Shown here: piece by piece, positions 56,425-64,000 of the stretch | Numbering within the stretch: position 1 is the first letter of the stretch | Layout: each line of letters begins with the position of its first letter | Assembly (NCBI GenBank): GCA_964016885.1 | Contig: OZ024747.1 | Span: 51,956,001 to 52,020,000, forward strand | Reading direction: 5' to 3' | DNA length: 64,000 nt | Source: Eledone cirrhosa | Taxonomy: Eukaryota | Translations under genes and position numbers: made by a program | The notes under the pieces: generated by a model | The model's input: only the letters and a program-made list of their open reading frames with translations | What the model was told of the DNA's origin: nothing | The model's database searches: none

Positions 56425-56494
56425 ATTTTATTATGCGCATTTCAAAAACAAATATCATCATAGAGATGACATTTGCGTTTTCGTCAGATAAAAT
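56425..56494 (-). ncRNA. Type-I hammerhead ribozyme
   Basis: ATTTTAT-CTGACGA-AAA.GCAAATGTCATC[tctat]GATGATATTTGT.TTT-GAAA-TGCGCA-TA|ATAAAAT. Confidence 0.85.
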
Positions 56495-56611
56495 AGGGAT
56501 ACATTATATGAAGGTTAAAAAAGACTTGTGAATAGTGAAGTTTTAAATCAACATATGAAAAGTAATTTAAGATTGATGTGTTTTAACCAGCTTTTGATCT
56601 TATATTATTTC

Positions 56612-56795
56612 GGTGGATTGGCAGTATCGGTAGAGGGTCAGACGCCATGCCTTCCTGCATAGTTACGTCCCTTTACGATCTGAGTTCAAATCCCGCCGAG
56701 GTTGACTTTGCCTTTCATCCCTACGGGGTCGATAAAATAAAGTACCAGTAATGCACTGGGTAATTGCTGGCCTTGTGCCTAAAGTAGAAACAATT
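56612..56795 (+). mobile_element. SINE family A, full length
   Basis: A/B boxes and body. Confidence 0.88.
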
Positions 56796-56876
56796 ATTTA
56801 TACTCCAGTCCTACAAACGAGTGCTACTTATCCGATATCTGCATTGCTTTATTGTACTACAATAAAACTCACCTCC

Positions 56877-56948
<72 letters not shown>

Positions 56949-57421
56949 CCATGCAAACAATTATGCTTAACTGACTGTAAATTTCAGTCTGTTTACTGAA
57001 GTTCTATTTCTAAACTTTTCAAGTATACAAACATGAATGTATATATATATACATTCGTGTGTGAGGTTCTGTGTATATACGTACATATATATATATGTGT
57101 ATGTGTGTGTGTGTGTGTGTCTGTAAGTCATCGAGAAATATAGAAATTTGCGTATAGGCAGATAATATTTTTATATGGTTATTTTATATATACGTGTATA
57201 AATATGTGTACATACACACAAGGATATATATATATATATATATATATACATAGTTCAAGAGTAACCAATCTTAAAGAGAGAGATGGAGATAGAAGAAGAG
57301 AAGAGAGATTGGTGAATTAGTTAGAAGCCAAAGCGTAAAGGCATGTGCTCAATGTGCAATATGCATTGGAAGGCAGCTAGGTGGCTGGGTTCATGCAGAG
57401 GTTAGGTGCACAGAGCTGGAA

Positions 57422-57600
57422 ATATTCATTAGTTAAGAAAAACAAGACCACAATTTTCACAAGGAAGACATTATTTAAAGATTGTCAACATAGTATTATT
57501 ATTATTATTCTTTACATTCCATACATTAAACTACAACTATGTTGACAATCTTTAAATAATGTCTTCTTTGTGAAATTTGTGGTCTTGTTTTGTTAACTAA

Positions 57601-57607
<7 letters not shown>
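57422..57607. repeat. Fold-back inverted repeat (~72-bp arms, 41-nt spacer)
   Basis: 57422-57494 is approximately the reverse complement of 57536-57607. Confidence 0.85.
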
Positions 57608-57670
<63 letters not shown>

Positions 57671-57709
57671 TGTACATATATGTGTATATATATGTTTATA
57701 TATGTGTGT

Positions 57710-58282
57710 GTTTAAAGCAGTACGGAGCATACGTGTGTATGCCACGTCTAGCTTTTTCTCCAGTTTCGATGTTAGCGTCCAAGTGATAGAGCCATAAACA
57801 ACCACAGATTCCACAACTCTGAAGAAATTCCTTTTCAGTTTGGCCGGCAGGTTTGATTTCCATATTATTTCCATTGCATTCAATACTCCCCAGGCTTTTC
57901 CCAGTCTGATGTTAACATCATGTTCTGTGGAGGCGATATAGCTACCCAGGTATTTGAAGTCGTCAACTTGCTTGATTATATCGCCGTGTCTTGGAGGGAA
58001 CACCCAACAAATAAGTATCTCTATGGCAATATACCAATTATCAGCAGGTCAATACGTGGACAGAGACTCAGATTTGCTGGCCACTGTTGGCGCAGCAAGG
58101 AAGAAATAGCAGGTGCTTGCTCATGGAGCAAGAAACGCTGGTCGTCCCAAGAAGACATACGTCAAGCAACTTTAGGACGATACTGGATGCACTGCGGAAG
58201 AACCGGCAAACGCTATGAGAGACAGAGATGGATGGAGGAAACGTGTCGTAGAAAGCTGAGCAAGCTCGACCTGACGATGATG
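57710..58282 (+). mobile_element. 5'-inverted RTE/RTE-X-like LINE fragment
   Basis: Minus part VDDFKYLGSYI..RMLRTALN; plus part VSWREHPTN..RLRFAGHCWR; (GAT) tail. Confidence 0.85.
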
Positions 58283-58794
58283 GTATGTGTGTGTACCTGT
58301 GTATGTACGCATGTCTATACATGCATACATACTTACATACTTGATGGCTACCCCCTCGTTATCGTGTATGGCCCGATATGCCATTATATGGCCCGATATA
58401 CCGATATACGTTATCGTGTATGGCACGATATACCATTATTAGTAATTATTAATTAATTCCATCGTGCAATGCCTGTGCGTGAAGATATGTTTAAAGTGAA
58501 GAAAGACTGTACGCTGAGCCAATCCCACTCTCTGAGCGAGAGTAGCTATAACCCGAAAAGAAGAATAGATCAACATCATCGGTAAGTACTGAGCTGCAGG
58601 TTTTATGTCGGAGTTATCACAGTTTCTTGAGTTGCCTTCTTCTAGAAGAATGCCCTGACAAAGCCTAGCGGTCCTTCAATCCCAGTGATTTAACCGCACG
58701 ATCGGGTATCCAGCCCGACTATTTCTATGTTCCCGCGCATATACATATACATACATATGTACATGTGTATATACATATTTACACATTTTTTGAT

Positions 58795-58981
58795 GGCCGT
58801 TGACTTTTATGAGTTCTTCCGCCCTTTGTCAGGTTTTGTTTTTTTGTCATGCAGGGCGTCCAAAATCACCCTCCTCACCAAGTAAACTTGGTGGGGTTGC
58901 CAGTTTACTCGCAGACGACCCGACCATGCGACAGGTTGTACTGGGTTACATGTTACCAGTAGCACTCAAGAGTGACCCGAC
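58795..58981 (-). mobile_element. RTE-like 5' UTR fragment
   Basis: Homologous to 42093-42280. Confidence 0.55.
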
Positions 58982-59737
58982 ATAACATACATACATATAT
59001 ATATGTGTACATACATACATACATTCATACATATATACACCCATACATACATACGTACATACATACATACATTCACTTATGCGTACATGCATACATTCAT
59101 ACATTCATACATTCATACATATGTACATACAAATATACATACATAAATACATACACACATACATACTACATACATACATACATACAAATATACATACGTA
59201 CATATGTACATACAAATATACATACATAAACACATACACACATACATACTACATACATACATACATACATACATACATACATACATACATACATACATAC
59301 ATACAAATATACATACATACGTACATATGTACATACAAATATACATACATAAATACATACACACATACATACTACATACATACATACATACATACATACA
59401 TACATACATACAAATATACATACATACATTCATACATACATACGTACATACATACATATAAGTCCTTATGTTCACCGTTACCAAAATAGGAAGCTGGAAT
59501 GTCATAGAAGAAGAAATATAAAGTGCTATGAGCTCTATGTTAATGGCCGACGTTTCGTCTGTTTACATTTCACACAAGACACGTTTCAGGAGATTCTACT
59601 CTGAAAGGTCAATGCTTTCAAGGATTTAGATTTTGGGCAGCCAAGTTATCTATTACTGTTCTCATTAAAATACCAAGCTACACATTTTGCATTTCAATCT
59701 CTCTCTTTCTCTATCTCTCTCTCTCTCTGTATATATG

Positions 59738-59772
<35 letters not shown>

Positions 59773-60058
59773 CTGTGTGTGTCTGTGTGTCTGTGTGTGT
59801 GTGTCTGTGTGTGTGTGTGTTTGTTTGTTTGTGTGTGTACGTATGTACCTGCATGTGTGTATGTCTGTGTATGTATGTGTGTATATATCTTTCTTATGTC
59901 TCTTTTCGGATGCCATTTTTTCAAGATCTTTTATCATCATATCTATCTATTTTTATTGTTAACCACGGTACCTTTCTCCCTCCCTCACTTTTTATCTCTC
60001 TATACATATGCATGTGTATCTGTGTGAATTACACACACACACACACACACACACACAT

Positions 60059-60133
<75 letters not shown>

Positions 60134-61081
60134 TATATATATATATATATATATCCTTCTCTACATATATCTTTACATCTATTCAAACAGATCTAGTTCT
60201 CTAAAGCTAACGTTGGAACATCTACATGCTCACATATCTTGCTGGAAAGAGTAACCATATCTCTCTCATCTCACATCTTAATATATTATAGAGAAATGAA
60301 GAACACGTGTTCTTTGCGTATATAATAATCTGGATGTAACTGTCCACCTAAATTTACAGCAATATAGGTACATTATATATTGTCCTTTTAGCTATACAGT
60401 TATATAGGTTGTTACGGTATTGGTAGTAAATCATTCTGAGATATACAAAGATATCAACATGGAAATATTGCTAGCAGGGAAATGTTCGTTAAACGATAAT
60501 AATGATGACCATGACGATGACATCAAATAATCCACACATAGAATTTATAGAGCAATGCTGCAGCAGTTCTCAAGTGTTTCGATAATATAGGAAGAAGAAC
60601 TAAATGGAGAATTATCTGATTTTACATTATTGACTCTTAACCTTAAAGAAGCTGGATACTACACCTAAAAATATCCAGTTTGCCGAAATATTAGTGAATA
60701 TCACGTAAGATGACTTTCATAATGTCTTGCGCATCAAGAGATCTATTCTTATTTAAGAAGTATATTAGACTAAGAAAGTCGACGCGTTTGATTTTCATGG
60801 GCAACAATTATCTTGCCAAACTTTGTGATTTAATAGGTCTGTTTTGTACTGAATGTATTTGGACTGGAGCATGTTTGATGTTCCTTTGCGGATGTTTGAT
60901 GTTCCTTTGTGGTTCCTTTGATGTTTCTGCTGAGAAGATATATTTCCTATTTTACATAGCATTAATAGTCGTACTGCTGACCTAAATCCAACCTAGATCT
61001 TACGGATGATTTGGAATAAGAAACATTCGACGTTACCTTGTTAATCGCACTACTTATTTGGGAAACCAAAAGGTAGTTTAT

Positions 61082-61400
61082 TTATTTATCTGGGACACTC
61101 CGTCGGTTACGACGACGAATATTCCAGTTGATCCGATCAACGGAACAGCCGGCTCGGGAAATTAACGTGAAAGCGGCTGAGCATTCTACAGACACGCATA
61201 CCCTTAACATGGTTCTCGGGGAGATTCAGCGTGACACACAATGTGACAGGGCTGGCCATTTGAACTACAGGCACAATTCATTTTTGCGAGCTAAGTGGAT
61301 TGGAGCAACGTGCTCAAGAACACAACGCACCGCCGGTAATCGAACTCCCAACCTTACGATTGTAAGCCGAATACCCTAATCACAAAGCCATGCACCTTCA
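61082..61400 (-). mobile_element. tRNA-derived SINE (family B-related)
   Basis: Minus strand TGGCTTTGTGA..GTTCGATTACC, core TTCTTGAGCA, (TAAA)n tail. Confidence 0.7.
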
Positions 61401-62408
61401 CATACTTATACGTAATGCGTAAGAAACCATATACCCAAAACCATCACTAAGGCAATAAGAACTATATTAGTAGAATATTCTAACTTTCATAGAATAATAT
61501 AGGAATACAACGGAACAACTAATAAAGGGTTTAAGTCTATCCCAAATCCGAAGGGTCATCAGGCTGATGCTTCGGTGAATGGGTGTACAAGGTCATCCCT
61601 TGGACAGGACACCAGTTTGCTGCAGGGCTAACACTCGGCTACTGCTGGCATTCATTTTCAGCTGAGGTTAATTCACCAATGTGAAATGACGTTGTTTGCT
61701 CAAGAACACAAGCCACTACATGAAAAAAAATGAACTACTCACAATAACATACACACATCCTGATAATATCACGAAAGAGAGCTTAAAACGACATAATCTC
61801 CCATATAACATTGATATAAGAAGTACTGTAGTGAGAAAGCTCCTCCCTTTCAAAGGTATCTGTTATGTAATTATAAATCTTCCGATACCAAAGATTACTG
61901 TTGATCCTTGCAAGCCAGTGACCACGTACAAGTTTACTTGTGCGATGGTTCTGTTAGTGTGCTCAAATGTAAATGGACCTTCAACAATGCATGTTTCACT
62001 TGTTCGATCAATATAACTGCCCCCTAGTTAAATAAACAGGAACATAACTGTGTATTGCAGAGTTACCTGTAACATTAACGTAATTCCCAAGAAGATTCAG
62101 CAAAACACAATGTTGACCGTTTGAATTACAGGTAAAGTTATCCCAACGGGTTTCCTCTGTAATCTATTTCACACAAGGTTTGGATTAAACCAAGATGCCT
62201 TGCCTAAGTTGCCACGCAATAGGATCAAAACAGGAATTCATAACTGTGAAGTAAATTTCTTAAGTATTTGGTCATGGTGTGATGAGTGGTTACAGTAAGG
62301 TACAATAGATTCGGACAAATCAGTTAAGTAAAAGGTAATTTTCTCATCCTAACAGCTCGTCTCTATCTCTCTCTCAATTCCGATCAATCTACCTATCTAT
62401 CTATCTAC

Positions 62409-62475
<67 letters not shown>

Positions 62476-62568
62476 GCTAGCTAGCTAGCTATCTGTTTAT
62501 CTACCTCTCTCTTTTCAATATATATCTGTATATGTATATGTATTTGTGTGTAAGTGTGTGTGTGTGTG

Positions 62569-62701
<133 letters not shown>

Positions 62702-63252
62702 CTGTGTGTGTGTGTGTGTGTGTGTCTGTCTGTTCATTTATCTATTTATCTCACACTTTCAAACCCTATTTCTTTGTCTCTTCGCTCCCTCGCAATCACC
62801 ACTGCACAACATTCAAACCTCACACATTTACACTCTTACATTCACTTATATTCACAGATTGCAGGCCATTAACCCTTACCACCTATTACACTGGTCTAGT
62901 CTGTGACATTTACACGGACCAGTGAGCAGCTTAGATAAGCAGACTGATAGGTGGATAGATAAAAAGACGGATCCACAGACAGACACACAGACTGGTTGAC
63001 GGTTTGATGGACGGATAGACATCCAATGTTACATTTTACATACAAACAGTCTGGAGACCCAGACAGAGGGATTGGTAATGTCACGGACAAATACATCCGA
63101 AGACGGACAGACAGGCAGACATATGAACAGACGGACAGACATCCTGACCGACAGATATAAGGATAGAGTTATTTAATGTAAAAAAAAATATTATATATAT
63201 ATAGACAGAGACAGAGAGAGAGAGAAAGAGAGAGACGTATATGTATACATAT

Positions 63253-63649
63253 AATTGTTTCTACTTTAGGCACAAGGCCAGCAATTACCCAGTGCATTAC
63301 TGGTACTTTATTTTATCGACCCCGTAAGGATGAAAGGCAAAGTCAACCTCGGCGGGATTTGAACTCAGATCGTAAAGGGATGTAACTATGCTGGAAAGCA
63401 TGGCGTCCGACCCTTTACCGATACTGCCAATAATATAATATTATATATATATGTTTTTGTCGTTGAATTGGCAGTATCGGTAGAGGGTCGGACGCCATGC
63501 TTTGACGCATAGAGTTATGGCCCTTGCCATTCTGAGTTCAAATCCCGCCGAGGTTAACTTTTTGCCTTTCATCCTTACCGGGTCGATAAAATAAAGTACC
63601 AGTAATGCACTGGGTAATTGCTGGTCTTGTGCCAAACGTAGAAACAATT
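63253..63649. mobile_element. Two family-A SINEs head-to-head
   Basis: 63253-63430 (-) and 63468-63649 (+). Confidence 0.88.
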
Positions 63650-64000
63650 ATATATATGTATTTATATGTATATACATATATATACATTCACACACCCACC
63701 AACACGCACACACGTTCACACACACACGTTCACACACACCTTCACACACGCGCACAGAGAGAGAGAGAGAGAGAGAGCTGTGAGTTCAAATCCAACTAAG
63801 AGGAACTTTATCTTTCACCCCATTCGAAATCGATAATGTAAAGTGCTAATCCAATCCATAGTTTGTAGTATGTGTTCCTTGAACTTCTGAGTTGAAATCT
63901 CCCTCCCACAGTAGCCTCCTTGGGTGGTAGACCGTGTAATATCTCACGTGGTTTAACACATCCACAAGGAGATAGGAACAGCACTACCATTAATTTTGAT

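Noticed and set aside
56612-56700. tRNA genes
   Set aside because: A/B boxes belong to multi-copy SINE heads and do not form a proper cloverleaf.
60440-62020. Host exons or transposase remnants (also 11495-11683, 36460-36640)
   Set aside because: Stops in the plausible frames and no motif strong enough to call.

Overview
Gene-free, repeat-saturated eukaryotic DNA. The AT-richness, extreme microsatellite load and SINE types suggest a coleoid cephalopod (Octopus-like); this is inference. I can support no host exon, rRNA, true tRNA or CRISPR array, and most ORF-track entries are microsatellite translations. Real content: (i) two intact, nearly identical, oppositely oriented 3.6-kb R4/Dong-type RT+RLE retrotransposons with (TAA)n tails, plus decayed relatives; (ii) three decayed Penelope-like (RT+GIY-YIG) elements; (iii) RTE, RTE-X-like, CRE-like and Tx1-like fragments, two tRNA-SINE families, a probable Helitron and MITEs; (iv) a 53-bp minisatellite split in phase by a CRE-like insertion. 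The main signal outside the ORF track is about 10 hand-folded type-I hammerhead ribozyme (HHR) motifs. Several sit in non-coding fold-back palindromes whose ribozyme strand always reads outward from the centre. These include a 4-copy family with copy-specific arm-to-arm covariation and a 630-bp near-perfect palindrome with an HHR core on each strand. All structures were read by eye; no search or folding program was run.
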